Source: Aliidiomarina sp.
GTDB lineage: Bacteria; Pseudomonadota; Gammaproteobacteria; Enterobacterales; Alteromonadaceae
NCBI RefSeq assembly: GCF_022565475.1
Contig: NZ_JAIUMR010000004.1
Location: 47,530-111,529, forward strand
Length of the DNA: 64,000 nt
Reading direction: 5' to 3'
Below are positions 31,906-43,334 of this stretch, in pieces. The position numbers and the translations under genes are program-made. The notes below the pieces were generated by a model. The model ran no database searches. It saw nothing but the letters and a program-made list of their open reading frames with translations, and was not told the origin of the DNA. Position 1 is the stretch's first letter; each line of letters opens with the position of its first letter.

Positions 31906-32469
31906 CTATACTCCGTGAAAAATTTGTTGTTCAATCAAATCACATAAGAGCTGACTGAGGAATAATTGTTGCTCGACAATTCGGGTTGTATTGGTACTTG
32001 GGATGCGCATTTCAAGATCGTTGGGGCCAAGCAGGCTGGTAATCTCTGCGGCCTCGTCACCGGTGACGGCAATTATCGTCATTTCTCGCGAAAGTGCGGC
32101 TTCCATCGCTTGGTGGACACGTTCCGATTGATGCTGACTGACGAAAGCTAAAAGGATATCACCTTGACTGCCCAGTGCGCTGAGTTGCCGGGCAAGACAA
32201 TCAACTTGCACCGGTTGGGTTGAATTCATGCCCAAGGTTACCGCTGGAAATGGCGGTCGTTCCAAATGGGTGCCATGGATGAGCAAATCAGTGAAATGTT
32301 GCGCCACAAAGGTACTGTTACCGTCACCACAGCTAAAAATACGCCGGCCGTCGAGTAACGAAGAAGTCAGAAGCTGCACGGCGCGCTCGAGCGGCTTGAC
32401 TAAACTATCCGCGGCTGCCACTTGAACTTGAATGCTTTCATTAAAAAAAGTACGAATTGTGTCCTGCAT
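31906..32469 (-). CDS. diaA: DiaA/GmhA-like SIS-domain protein with degenerate catalytic motifs
   Basis: FNESIQVQ, AQHF, ERP, ALGSQGD and CDLIE; yraN-diaA-dolP synteny. Start placed at ATG 32469. Confidence 0.75.
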   Translation of the reverse strand: MQDTIRTFFNESIQVQVAAADSLVKPLERAVQLLTSSLLDGRRIFSCGDGNSTFVAQHFTDLLIHGTHLERPPFPAVTLGMNSTQPVQVDCLARQLSALGSQGDILLAFVSQHQSERVHQAMEAALSREMTIIAVTGDEAAEITSLLGPNDLEMRIPSTNTTRIVEQQLFLSQLLCDLIEQQIFHGV

Positions 32470-32471
32470 AA

Positions 32472-32822
32472 CTAAAAAGCGTCCTTTAACCACTCTACTT
32501 GAAAGGGCTCGCCGGTAATGGCAACGATATCGAATCGGCAGCCAACTTCATGTTCATTGATATTATTTTTGATCATCCACACGCGCGCGGCGTGACGCAC
32601 TCGTTGCAGTTGAGCAGCGGTAAGCTGCTCAAGAATATCAGCGAAATGTTGCGTCCGTCGATATTTGACCTCAACAAATATTAACTGTTCATCATCACTA
32701 AAGATTAAGTCAACTTCACTATTGTCGAGACGAAAGTTACGGTCTTGAAGTTGCAAACCTTGGTCTTGCAAAAATACGATGGCACGGTTTTCATACTCAG
32801 TGCCGATTTGTCGGGTTGTCAT
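32472..32822 (-). CDS. yraN: YraN (UPF0102) nuclease-like protein
   Basis: EVDLI, FVEVKYR, RFDIVA and EWLKDAF. Confidence 0.88.
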   Translation of the reverse strand: MTTRQIGTEYENRAIVFLQDQGLQLQDRNFRLDNSEVDLIFSDDEQLIFVEVKYRRTQHFADILEQLTAAQLQRVRHAARVWMIKNNINEHEVGCRFDIVAITGEPFQVEWLKDAF

Positions 32823-34698
32823 AACTGGCTCGTTCGAGTTTTAGTTCATGTCCTTCAAACTTAGCCCAAGCAAGATGACGTTCAACTTTTTGCTCAATAA
32901 TGCGCAATTGCCCCGTCAATCCGTTATGCGTGTAGCCCGGTAAATGATTCATGGCGAGCACTTTCGGGGCAATCGCCATCGCGTCATAGCCCATCGCCAA
33001 GAGGCGCTGTTGATTGAGGCTTAGACGGCCCAATTGTTGCTCGAATTGCTGACGTAATTCATTGGCAAGGTCGGGTTGCAATAACCAAGGCGCGTCCGAG
33101 AAAATAACCCCATCGAGATCATTCTCGCCGCGGCTCAATTGCTCTTGGTGAACGGAGCTGCTGGCGTACACTGGGATGCGTCGGCCGAAGGCGCTTAAGT
33201 TGACATCAATATAGGGTTTTAACAATCGAACCTGTTGCGCATCGCCACCGACATAGATTGCATCGAGATCTTGGCGACTGCGGACTTCATAATGCAACTC
33301 GGTCGTCCCTCGTGGCGCCGTGACGTGCTGCTGGACAAGCCGCTCAATGACATCAATGCGAGCTTGGCTGCGGTCGACAAGTAAACTCTGCTGCACTACA
33401 TCGGGAATATCGGTGCTGGCGGCGTAAAACTGAGCACGCTGAGAATATCCCGATTGTTGCGGCCATTGCTCGCCGAAACGGCTGGCAACACTGCGACCGC
33501 GATTGGTATCGGGGCCGAGTACGAGAATGTGTTGGTAGCCGAGTTGTTGCAATCGGTTTGCGGCATCGGTCGCTTCGGTGACCGTATCTAAGGCGAAAAA
33601 TGCGTGACGATCGTTGGTGTTCTTCTCATCAGGGTTGTTCAACCAGAGTTGTGCCCAAGGCGCTGTGGCGTTGCGTTGCACTGCGTATTGATTGAAAGAC
33701 TCGAGCGTTGGCCGGTCGAGCGGGCCAATCACCAGATCAACTTCAGCCGCAAATAGACGGTCGTACAGATCTTCAACACTCATTTGCGCGGTGTCATAAA
33801 AATACACGTGCAAGGGTAATTCACGGTCAGTCAAGCGCGCAAGAATGCCATTGCGTACGGATTTGCCAGCATCGGCGAACTGTCCGGTCAGCGGCAGTAG
33901 CACCGCAATGCGCTGAATTTCAGCGGTGATCTCCGGCCGCGTCAATAGTTGTTCGACAATGGGTCCTCCTGGGTGCTGCGGGAAAGCTCGCTGCCATGAC
34001 TGCAATACCGGCCCGCGCGGACGACTTTGGTCTAAAGCTTGGGTCAGTCGTTCAAATAACTGAATCCAGCCACGCATCACGGAATCATTGTGCGTCACGC
34101 CGGCTCGCCACTGCTCTGCGGGCACTTGCGAGAGTAAATGCCAGACCGCTTCGCTACGATCTTGATCCGGCGCATAGCGACCATAGTTGACGAGGGCTGC
34201 TGCAGCGGCGATGTAATCGGCTTGCGCGGCGAGCGCTTGATGGCGTAATTCCAATGCTTGTAAACGTTGCTCGCGTTGATTTAATCGTTGGTCGAGACCA
34301 TCGGTCAGTTCGACAACCCGTTGCCAGTCGCCCATGTACGCCGCAAAACGCACACGTTGCAGGTTGTACTGTACTGCATCACCGGGTTGCAGATAGCGGG
34401 ATTGAATAAAGGATAAAACCACCCCAGCTTGTTGGTCCTGCGAGTCGTCTAAGTAAGCTTTCGCGGCTTGGACGAGCAAGGCTTGTTGCCGTGATGACGA
34501 GGTTTCTGTTTGGGCACGACGAAGGTACTCCGCGGCAGCTAGTCGATCGGGTTGTACTTCTGTCGGCTCCGTCCGTATTTGTTCTGGACGCTCGCTTGTA
34601 TCCGAAGGTGCAGGGGCGGATGAACAGCCTGCTAACACGAGCGCAGCGGAAGAAAAAAGAAATAGGCAAGACAGTAGCTTCTTTGGCACAATGAACAT
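32797..34698 (-). CDS. lpoA: PBP1A activator lipoprotein LpoA (LppC family)
   Basis: Lipobox VLAGC, IAVLLPLTG, IGPL, YLKP-like RLLKPYIDV and AMGYDA. Start placed at ATG 34698. Confidence 0.9.
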   Translation of the reverse strand: MFIVPKKLLSCLFLFSSAALVLAGCSSAPAPSDTSERPEQIRTEPTEVQPDRLAAAEYLRRAQTETSSSRQQALLVQAAKAYLDDSQDQQAGVVLSFIQSRYLQPGDAVQYNLQRVRFAAYMGDWQRVVELTDGLDQRLNQREQRLQALELRHQALAAQADYIAAAAALVNYGRYAPDQDRSEAVWHLLSQVPAEQWRAGVTHNDSVMRGWIQLFERLTQALDQSRPRGPVLQSWQRAFPQHPGGPIVEQLLTRPEITAEIQRIAVLLPLTGQFADAGKSVRNGILARLTDRELPLHVYFYDTAQMSVEDLYDRLFAAEVDLVIGPLDRPTLESFNQYAVQRNATAPWAQLWLNNPDEKNTNDRHAFFALDTVTEATDAANRLQQLGYQHILVLGPDTNRGRSVASRFGEQWPQQSGYSQRAQFYAASTDIPDVVQQSLLVDRSQARIDVIERLVQQHVTAPRGTTELHYEVRSRQDLDAIYVGGDAQQVRLLKPYIDVNLSAFGRRIPVYASSSVHQEQLSRGENDLDGVIFSDAPWLLQPDLANELRQQFEQQLGRLSLNQQRLLAMGYDAMAIAPKVLAMNHLPGYTHNGLTGQLRIIEQKVERHLAWAKFEGHELKLERASYDNPTNRH

Positions 34699-34791
34699 CT
34701 CAGTTACCTGCAGTGCCCCTACTATAAACCGGCAGTCAGCTGCAGACAAATTCAACCGTGTTGAAAATTCGTAAAGAGCAGGAGTATTGCT

Positions 34792-35625
34792 GTGAGCACA
34801 ACCCCCGGCACCCTTTATATTGTGCCAACGCCGATTGGAAATTTAGGCGACATTACCCTGCGGGCGATTGAAACATTGAAAAATGTGGATGTGATTGCAG
34901 CGGAAGATACGCGCCATAGTGGCGTATTGTTACAACACCTCGGTGTGCAAACACGCATGTGGTCGGTGCATGAACACAATGAACGCGAAAAAGCTGATGG
35001 CCTGATTGAACAACTGCAGAGCGGTAAGTCGATAGCGCTCATCAGTGACGCGGGTACGCCTTTGATTAGTGATCCTGGCTATCCATTGGTTAACGCGTGT
35101 CGTGCTGCCGGAGTGCGGGTTGTGCCGTTACCGGGCGCGTGTGCGGCAATTGCAGCGCTGTCAGCAGCGGGTTTGCCGACCGATCGCTTCCTATTTGCAG
35201 GTTTTCTTCCAGCAAAGCAACAAGCGCGGGTGACAGCATTAAAGCAACACCAGAATGAAACCGCGACCTTGGTCTTCTATGAGGCGCCTCGGCGTATTCT
35301 TGACACCCTTGAAGCTATCGTCGAAGTCTTTGGTCCGGATCGTCGAGTTGTCATTGCTCGCGAGCTGACGAAACAGTTCGAAACGTTTCTCAATGGCTCA
35401 GTGAGCGATGTACTGACTCAGGTCACTGCCGATACGAATCAGCAACGTGGTGAAATGGTTTTGATTGTCGCTGGTGCGCCAAGGCAAAGTCAGGGCATTC
35501 CAGCCGAAGCCTTACAACTGTTGGCGCTTTTAACTGCTGAATTGCCGCCGAAAAAGGCCGCGAAAATTGTTGCCAGCCACTACAACCTGCGAGCCAACGA
35601 GCTTTATCATCATACCTTAAGCTGA
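34792..35625 (+). CDS. rsmI: 16S rRNA C1402 2'-O-methyltransferase
   Basis: LYIVPTPIGNLGD, AAEDTR, SDAGTPLISDPG, FYEAPRR and ARELTK. Confidence 0.97.
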   Translation: MSTTPGTLYIVPTPIGNLGDITLRAIETLKNVDVIAAEDTRHSGVLLQHLGVQTRMWSVHEHNEREKADGLIEQLQSGKSIALISDAGTPLISDPGYPLVNACRAAGVRVVPLPGACAAIAALSAAGLPTDRFLFAGFLPAKQQARVTALKQHQNETATLVFYEAPRRILDTLEAIVEVFGPDRRVVIARELTKQFETFLNGSVSDVLTQVTADTNQQRGEMVLIVAGAPRQSQGIPAEALQLLALLTAELPPKKAAKIVASHYNLRANELYHHTLS

Positions 35626-35631
35626 ACACGC

Positions 35632-35660
35632 TAGCATGCTCAGCGCGAAATCGGTATACT
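35632..35660 (+). promoter_or_regulatory. rnpB promoter with GC-rich discriminator
   Basis: TAGCAT-N17-TATACT followed by GCGCGCC just before P1. Confidence 0.6.
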
Positions 35661-35667
35661 GCGCGCC

Positions 35668-36002
<335 letters not shown>

Positions 36003-36020
<18 letters not shown>

Positions 36021-38186
36021 TTTCTTTTGTGATCCTGCACTGGCTGTGCCATAACGCTGAATAAACGCGTCGAGCGGCATTGGCCGAGCGAAGTAAAAGC
36101 CTTGAATCAAATCCGCGCAATGATGGCGAATAAATTCCACTTGTTGTGCCGACTCGACACCTTCAACGACAACGTCGATTGAAAGTGCGCGTGCCATTTG
36201 AATTAACGCCGCTAATAGATTCGATTGACGATGATTGTCTGGCACCCCTTCGACGAAGCTGCGGTCAATTTTTAATAACGACACGGGAAAATGCTGCAAA
36301 TAGCTGGTCGAGGAATAGCCGGTCCCGAAATCATCAATCGCTAGGTTAATTCCTCTCTCATGCAAAGTTTCGAGCATATTTCGCTGTCGCTCGCGGTCGG
36401 GCATGAGCATAGACTCGGTAATTTCGAAGGTAAAGTCACGGGGTGAAACGCCATGGTTTTCGATAATAGCGAACCAACACTCGAGCGCGTGGGCGTCATA
36501 AAACTGATGCGAGGAAATATTGATCGCTAAACGTCCGCTAATGCCTGCGGCGCGAATTTTGCTAATGTCGTGACAGGTGGTTTGTAAAACATAATTACCT
36601 AGGTCACGGATTGTTCCGTTCTTTTCAGCGATCGGAATAAACTCATCGGGCATTAATAAGCCTTCCGTCGGATGCTGCCAACGAACTAACACTTCGACAC
36701 TATAAAGTTCGCCGCTTGCGGCGTTAATTATGGGTTGATAGTCAATAAAGAAGTGCTTTTTATCAATACTGGCAAGAATTTCTTTGCGGGCGCGCAGCTG
36801 CTTTTCCGTTTTCTCTCGGAGCGACTCACTAAAATAAGAAGAGCGCCCACGACCATTGTTTTTCGCGTTATACATCGCCAAATCTGCCGACTTTAATAGT
36901 TCCAGTGCCGAGTGACCGTCATCGGGGTAGATGGCAATGCCAATTGAACCATCAATTAAGAGTTCGTTGCCTTTAATCGAGATGGGCTCACGGATAAAGG
37001 TCAGTAATTTCTCCGACTGCAATTCGGCATGCATGGGCTCGATGAGATTCTTCAAGACCACGACAAACTCATCGCCGCCGAGACGCGCAATAATGTCTTC
37101 TTTTCGGAGTGACGACGTGAGGCGATTTGCAATGACTTTGAGCAACCGGTCGCCTGCCTCATGGCCAAAGGTATCGTTCACCTCTTTGAAGTGATCAAGA
37201 TCGATAAAGAGCAGAGCGCATTGCTCTTCACGGCGCTTGCAGCTGTCGAGGTAACTGGTCAGTTGTTCAAGAAAATAGTGGCGGTTGGGTAGCTCGGTGA
37301 GGCTATCGAAACGTGCTTGGCGAGTAATGGTACGAAATGCGAGCTGCAGCTTTTGTTGATTGAACAAAATGATCGCCGTTAACACAGCGAATAGTAAAGA
37401 GAGCAAGGTGCCAAACACCCACCATAATAGTTTTGTGTCTTCGCCGTCTTGCCAAAACGATCCCACCGGTATGGCAGCGAGGACCCATTCACCGCTCGGT
37501 AACTGAATGGTTTGCGTGACCGGTTGTGCCTGCCAGACCTCAGCGTCACCCAGAATTAAAGGTCCGGCAGAGCCGGAACCATTGCGACCGCGAATACTGA
37601 CAGATAATTCCGGTGTGTCATAGAGGCCAGCGAGCTGAAACAAAAGTTGATGGTCGATGACTTGTGAGATGACAATATTATGTTCACCGTCAGGGAAAAC
37701 CGGCACGCGAGCGATTATCGCTTCGCCACCTTGGGTCAAAAGCACCGGCCCATTAATCGTAATTTCACTGGTTTCTAATGCTTGTACATAGCTACTCAGT
37801 TGTTCTGGCGACGAGCGGTAGTCAAAGCCTAACGCGGCTTCATTGCCTGTCATCGGATGAATGAATTCGATGATATAATCGACACCCACAGCGACATGGC
37901 GAACTTGCAATGAATCGGAGATTATACTGTCGATAATCAGGCGGAGACGTTCTTCGTCAAAGTCAGGGTTGAGGTAAATCTCGGTTCGCACTTGTCGGAT
38001 TGCAAGTAAATTCGTTTGGAGCAAACCTTCGATGCGGGCACGAATCGTACTTAACCGCTCTAAAACGAGAAATCGATTCGCTTCTTCAGTCCGTCGCGTT
38101 TCGGCATAAATAAAGCGCGCAAGGATAAACTCCCCCACGATAAAAATACATACACTAATAACGACGATAAGAGCTTTACGACGCAC
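36003..38186 (-). CDS. Membrane CHASE-GGDEF-EAL c-di-GMP enzyme
   Basis: TM, CHASE-like region (GNEAALGFD, GPVLLTQGG, IARVPVF), TM, DLDHFKEVND, RKED I-site, GGDEF, EVL, DDFGTGYSS, KIDRSFV, EGVE and QGFY. Start placed at GTG 38186 after AGAGG. Confidence 0.92.
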
Positions 38187-38287
38187 GGCAACGCCTCTTT
38201 TTTTATTATCAGTAGAATAGTTGACCATCCACTGCTTGAACGCAAGTCATTATATCGAGCAATTCGCTTAAATGTTGCGCTTTTTCC

Positions 38288-38317
38288 TTGACAGGGGATC
38301 AAAGTGCCACCTAGACT
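38288..38317 (+). promoter_or_regulatory. dcw (mraZ) promoter
   Basis: TTGACA-N18-TAGACT. Confidence 0.75.
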
Positions 38318-38325
38318 GTATCATT

Positions 38326-38360
38326 GTGGGGAAAAGTGGAGAGAAGTGGATCATTTTGGT
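38326..38360 (+). promoter_or_regulatory. MraZ-binding direct repeats
   Basis: GTGG at 38326, 38336 and 38346 plus degenerate TTGG at 38356, with exact 10-bp period. Confidence 0.88.
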
Positions 38361-38377
38361 GATCCCGCTAATAAATT

Positions 38378-38836
38378 ATGTTCCGTGGCGCAAATAGTAT
38401 CAGTTTGGATGACAAAGGACGGCTTGCAATACCAGCACGGTATCGCAATCTATTGTCATTGGACTGTGAGGGGAAATTGGTCTGCACGATCGACATCAAG
38501 CAGCCCTGCCTCCTATTGTACCCGGTACCTGAATGGCAAGTCATTGAACAAAAGCTAGCCAAACTCTCTTCGATGAACCCCGCAGAACGTCGCCTTCAAC
38601 GCTTGTTGTTGGGCTATGCAGATGATTGCGAGATGGATAAGAATGGACGCGTCTTAATTGCAACGCCGCTGCGCCAACATGCAGGCTTGAATAAAAAACT
38701 CATGCTCGTTGGGCAACTCAACAAATTTGAGATTTGGGACGAGGAAACCTGGCAGCAGCAAGTTGCTGACGATATCGCAGCAGAGCAAGCAGGCGACTTT
38801 ACATTAACTGATCGACTACAAGATTTTTCACTATAA
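38378..38836 (+). CDS. mraZ: Division/cell wall cluster repressor MraZ
   Basis: [28 protein letters not shown] and GQLNKFEIW. Confidence 0.98.
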   Translation: MFRGANSISLDDKGRLAIPARYRNLLSLDCEGKLVCTIDIKQPCLLLYPVPEWQVIEQKLAKLSSMNPAERRLQRLLLGYADDCEMDKNGRVLIATPLRQHAGLNKKLMLVGQLNKFEIWDEETWQQQVADDIAAEQAGDFTLTDRLQDFSL

Positions 38837-39801
38837 TGACGCAATCATCGCAACATGTACCGGTGTTGCTAGCGGAGTCGATTGAAGCGTTAGCGATCCA
38901 GCCGGACCAGATTTACATCGACGCGACCTTTGGTCGTGGTGGGCACAGTCGTGCCATTCTTGAGCGCCTTTCTCCACAAGGGCGCTTGCTTGCGTTTGAC
39001 CGCGATCCCACAGCCGCGGCTGAAGCAAGTGCCTTAGCGGCACAGGACCCTCGTTTAACTTTTTTCCACACGCCTTTCTCGCAACTCGCAGAGATTATTG
39101 CTGCGCAGCAACTCACCGGCCAAGTGGCAGGTATCTTATTTGATCTCGGTGTCTCATCCCCACAACTTGATGACGCCGAACGTGGTTTTAGTTTTATGCG
39201 CGATGGCCCGCTTGACATGCGGATGAATCCCGAACAAGGAGAATCGGCGGCAGAATGGCTGGCCCACGCAGACATGGACGAAATGGCCCATGTTTTTCGC
39301 CATTATGGTGAGGAACGTTTTGCCGGTCGGATTGCGCGCGCGATTATTGAACATCGTCAAGAGCATACACTGACACGCACGTCCGAGTTGGCGAACTTAA
39401 TTGCGAAAGTGAGCCCAACCCGGGAAAAACACAAACACCCAGCAACGCGAGTATTTCAAGCGATACGTATCCACATTAATCGTGAGCTCGGTGAAGTTGA
39501 AGATGCTTTAGTGGCTGCATTGGCGGCGCTTATGCCGGAAGGTCGATTGGCTGTGATCAGTTTCCACAGCTTGGAAGATCGCATTGTCAAACAGTTCATT
39601 CGTGCCCAGAGTACTCGCGCTCAAGTACCTGCCGGATTGCCATTGCGCGAAGACCAGATCGCCGACGATCGAACGTTAAAGGCGATCGGCAAAGCGATTA
39701 AGCCCGGAGCCGCAGAGTTAAAAGTCAATCCCCGTGCGCGCAGCTCCGTGTTGCGGATTGCTGAACGGCTACCGGAAAAAGCTGCGGGAGGTCAATCATG
39801 A
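38836..39801 (+). CDS. rsmH: 16S rRNA m4C1402 methyltransferase
   Basis: [37 protein letters not shown] and NPRARS. Confidence 0.98.
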   Translation: MTQSSQHVPVLLAESIEALAIQPDQIYIDATFGRGGHSRAILERLSPQGRLLAFDRDPTAAAEASALAAQDPRLTFFHTPFSQLAEIIAAQQLTGQVAGILFDLGVSSPQLDDAERGFSFMRDGPLDMRMNPEQGESAAEWLAHADMDEMAHVFRHYGEERFAGRIARAIIEHRQEHTLTRTSELANLIAKVSPTREKHKHPATRVFQAIRIHINRELGEVEDALVAALAALMPEGRLAVISFHSLEDRIVKQFIRAQSTRAQVPAGLPLREDQIADDRTLKAIGKAIKPGAAELKVNPRARSSVLRIAERLPEKAAGGQS

Positions 39802-40133
39802 AAAAAATTGACCTGAAGAAAATGTCTGGACATCGCGGCTTGCTGCACGTGATCGCCAGTGATCTTAAGCACTATCGTGGATTGCTCATTTGGGGAACCA
39901 TTGCGCTTGCCAGTGGGTTTAGTGCGGTTTTTTTGACCCACATGAACCGTGAGCTTATCGCTGAGCGGGAGCAAGTGTTGCAATATCGCGACAGCCTCGA
40001 TGTCGAATACCGACATCTCATTATTGAGCAAAATGCTTTAAGTGAGCACAGTCGGATTGAAACCATTGCTGCCCGTCAATTGGGTATGCAGCGTCCTACT
40101 GATGCGCAGGAGGTGCTGGTGCCATGGCGGTAA
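39798..40133 (+). CDS. ftsL: Cell division protein FtsL
   Basis: Single TM plus leucine zipper, [18 protein letters not shown]...LGM. Confidence 0.93.
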   Translation: MKKIDLKKMSGHRGLLHVIASDLKHYRGLLIWGTIALASGFSAVFLTHMNRELIAEREQVLQYRDSLDVEYRHLIIEQNALSEHSRIETIAARQLGMQRPTDAQEVLVPWR

Positions 40134-41860
40134 AACGTAATGCTCGCATTTTACGTCCAGAACCCTTACCCATGCGCTTTATGGTGCTGGTGGCTGGCGT
40201 ATGTCTTGTGTTTGCATCGTTACTTGCTCGGGCAGCATACATTCAAGTGATTGAACCCGATCGTCTCCGCCTTGAGGGTGATATGCGTTCCGTGCGGGTT
40301 TCCCAAGATCGGGTACAGCGTGGCAATATCACTGACCGCAACGGTGTCGAGCTCGCAATCAGTGTGCCTGTGCATACCGTATGGGCTGATCCGAAAGTGG
40401 TCCATGATCGCAATAGCCTCGCGGATCAGCGCCGCTGGCAGGCGCTTGCGGAAGTACTCAACACCAGTGAAGAGCAATTATTACGTAAAGTCGACAATCC
40501 GCAACGGCGCTTTGTGTATCTTGAGCGCATGGTGACGCCAGCGGTCGCAAACTACATCCATCAACTACGTATTCCAGGGGTGGGTTTGAAAGAAGAATCG
40601 CGGCGTTTTTATCCAACCGGCGAGATTTCAGCACACGTGATAGGCATTACCAATATAGACGCCGAAGGCATCGACGGCGTTGAAGCAATTTATAACGACC
40701 TCCTGACGGGTACACCCGGTCAGCGACGCTACCGCAAAGACGGCTCTGGGCGTATGGTCGAGGAAATCGAGTTTACCGAGTCGCAATTACCGCAGAATCT
40801 CACTTTGAGTATTGACCAGCGGATTCAAACCGTCGCTTACCGCGAATTGACCAAAGCGGTGCGTTACCACCAAGCCACTTCTGGCTCTGTGGTGGTTTTG
40901 GACGTTGACACGGGCGAAGTTCTGGCGATGGTGAATAACCCCTCGTATAACCCAAACAATCGGACCGGCGTGCAACCGCACCAAATGCGGAATCGAGCGA
41001 TTGCCGACAGTTTTGAACCCGGTTCAACGGTCAAGCCATTAGTGGTGCTCGGTGCGTTACAGGCGGGTGTCGTGAACGCCGATGAAACGGTCAAAACCAG
41101 TCCGGGTTGGATGCGAATTGGTGGTCGCCGCGTGCAAGATGCCCGCAATTACGGTGACCTAGATTTGGGCGGAATCTTGGCGCATTCGAGCAACGTCGGC
41201 ACCTCGCGTTTGGCCTTGGAGCTCGATCTCAATGACTTCCTTAATCTTTATTCCCAAGCCGGGTTCGGAACTGATACGGGCATCAATATGCTGGGTGAAA
41301 GCATGGGGTTCATGCAACATCGCCAGCGTTGGTCGGACTTTGAACGGGCAACCTTGTCATTTGGCTATGGTATGTCGGCAACAACGCTGCAGCTGGCGCA
41401 AATGTATGCGATTCTTGGCAATGGCGGTATTAAGCGGCCGATCAGTATTCTCAAGGTCGATGAGCCGCACCCGGGACAGCGGGTCTTCTCTCGTGAATTC
41501 ACGCAACAAACGGTGAAATTGATGGAAGCCGTCATTCAAGACGGGACCGGTTCGCGCGCAAGAGTACCGGGTTATCGTGTGGCAGGTAAAACAGGGACAA
41601 GTCGCAAGGCGGTCGCCGGTGGTTATGGCGACGAGTACATTGGTCTGTTTGCTGGGGTGCTTCCGGCCAGTCGGCCGCGAGTCGCGATTGTGGTCATGAT
41701 TAACGAGCCTGCGGGTGATAGCTATCATGGTGGAACGGTCGCCGCCCCTGTATTTTCCCGCGTGGCTGAAGAGGCCATGCGCGTACTTAATGTTGCGCCG
41801 GACAACTTAAACAGTCGGGAATTGCGCGTTGCCGGTTGGGGAGGGCGCAGTAGTGATTGA
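40124..41860 (+). CDS. ftsI: PBP3 transpeptidase FtsI
   Basis: RGNITDRNG, EPGSTVK (SxxK), SSNVG (SxN) and GKTGT. Confidence 0.97.
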   Translation: MAVKRNARILRPEPLPMRFMVLVAGVCLVFASLLARAAYIQVIEPDRLRLEGDMRSVRVSQDRVQRGNITDRNGVELAISVPVHTVWADPKVVHDRNSLADQRRWQALAEVLNTSEEQLLRKVDNPQRRFVYLERMVTPAVANYIHQLRIPGVGLKEESRRFYPTGEISAHVIGITNIDAEGIDGVEAIYNDLLTGTPGQRRYRKDGSGRMVEEIEFTESQLPQNLTLSIDQRIQTVAYRELTKAVRYHQATSGSVVVLDVDTGEVLAMVNNPSYNPNNRTGVQPHQMRNRAIADSFEPGSTVKPLVVLGALQAGVVNADETVKTSPGWMRIGGRRVQDARNYGDLDLGGILAHSSNVGTSRLALELDLNDFLNLYSQAGFGTDTGINMLGESMGFMQHRQRWSDFERATLSFGYGMSATTLQLAQMYAILGNGGIKRPISILKVDEPHPGQRVFSREFTQQTVKLMEAVIQDGTGSRARVPGYRVAGKTGTSRKAVAGGYGDEYIGLFAGVLPASRPRVAIVVMINEPAGDSYHGGTVAAPVFSRVAEEAMRVLNVAPDNLNSRELRVAGWGGRSSD

Positions 41861-43334
41861 ACTCTCTCGTTTATTCGCAAATGCACCATTCCCATTGCCG
41901 CAGGTTACCATTACCGGCTTGAAGCTGGATAGCCGGAAAGTGACCAGCGGTGACGCATTTATCGCAGTTCCGGGTTACGAAGTTGACGGCCGTGATTATA
42001 TTGATGCAGCGATTAGTGCGGGTGCCAGTGTAGTGCTCGCAGATATGGACGAGTGGACCCACGGCGAGCTTAACGGCGTTCCACTGATTGGAATTCCGTC
42101 GTTAAAGAGTCAAGTCTCTGCGATTGCCGGAAGTTTTTATCAACATCCATCGCGGCGCTTGCGTTTAATCGGCGTGACTGGAACCAACGGCAAAACAACC
42201 GTGAGTAATTTGGCCGCGCAATTGTGGCAGCACTTGAAGCCGGAAGCGGCAGTCCTCGGCACCATTGGTAGCGGTTTGTTGAAACAGTTGTTGCCCGAAC
42301 AAAACACGACACCGGATGGGGTCACTGTGCAGCAGCGTTTGGCTGGCTTTTTGGCGGAGGGCGCTGAAGTTGTTGCCATGGAAGTTTCTTCACATGCCCT
42401 CGTGCAAGGTCGCGTTGAGGCGTTGAATTTCGATACCGTGATTGCTACCAACATTAGCCGCGATCACCTCGATTACCATGGCACCATGGACGCGTATATT
42501 GCGGCGAAGCAACGCCTATTCGGCGACTTTACTGCGCGCGTACAGATTATCAATGCGGATGACCCTCAAGTTGCTGTTTGGGCAACGCCAGCCGCATTAA
42601 AGTTTAGTTTAGATGAGCAGAAGATTGGCGAGACAAATACGCTCGTTGCGAGTCAGATTCGCTATCAACATGACGGCACCCACTTCAACTTAGTGTGGTC
42701 TGGGCATAACACCGATGGCGATGAAATTCAGCATCTGCCAGTGAAAACTAGCCTACTGGGTGACTTTAACGTTGCCAATATTCTCGCCGCGAGTTTGAGT
42801 GTCGTCGGTGCTGGTTATGCCCTCGCGGATGTTGCGGCCTTAGTTCCTTCTTTGCAATCAGTGCCGGGCCGCATGGAAACCTTTAGTGCAGAACAAAAGC
42901 CATTGGTGATTGTGGACTATGCGCATACACCGGATGCGCTTGAGCAAGTCTTACTGGCTGCGCGCCGTCACTGCCCCGGCCAACTGTGGTGTGTGTTTGG
43001 CTGTGGTGGTGACCGTGACCGCGGTAAACGGCCACAAATGGGCGCAGTCGCAGCGCGGCTCGCTGATCAAGTGGTCGTTACCGATGATAATCCGCGGACG
43101 GAATCACCTGAGCAGATTATTGCTGACATCATAAGTGGCATGGGTGCGGAATCAAGTCATTACGCGCATCCGGGCCGAGCTGATGCTGTAGCTTGGGCCA
43201 TTGCACAGGCGGGGCCGGACGATGTGGTGGTCTGCGCAGGTAAAGGACATGAAACCTATCAAATTATCGGTCGTACTGCACACGCTTATGATGAACGTGA
43301 GTGGGTCAGAAGCTTAACTGGAGGACAACCATGA
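41853..43334 (+). CDS. murE: MurE, meso-DAP-adding ligase
   Basis: GTNGKTT, MEVSSH, DYAHTPDA and DNPR (DAP specificity). Start placed at GTG 41853. Confidence 0.96.
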   Translation: MIELSRLFANAPFPLPQVTITGLKLDSRKVTSGDAFIAVPGYEVDGRDYIDAAISAGASVVLADMDEWTHGELNGVPLIGIPSLKSQVSAIAGSFYQHPSRRLRLIGVTGTNGKTTVSNLAAQLWQHLKPEAAVLGTIGSGLLKQLLPEQNTTPDGVTVQQRLAGFLAEGAEVVAMEVSSHALVQGRVEALNFDTVIATNISRDHLDYHGTMDAYIAAKQRLFGDFTARVQIINADDPQVAVWATPAALKFSLDEQKIGETNTLVASQIRYQHDGTHFNLVWSGHNTDGDEIQHLPVKTSLLGDFNVANILAASLSVVGAGYALADVAALVPSLQSVPGRMETFSAEQKPLVIVDYAHTPDALEQVLLAARRHCPGQLWCVFGCGGDRDRGKRPQMGAVAARLADQVVVTDDNPRTESPEQIIADIISGMGAESSHYAHPGRADAVAWAIAQAGPDDVVVCAGKGHETYQIIGRTAHAYDEREWVRSLTGGQP

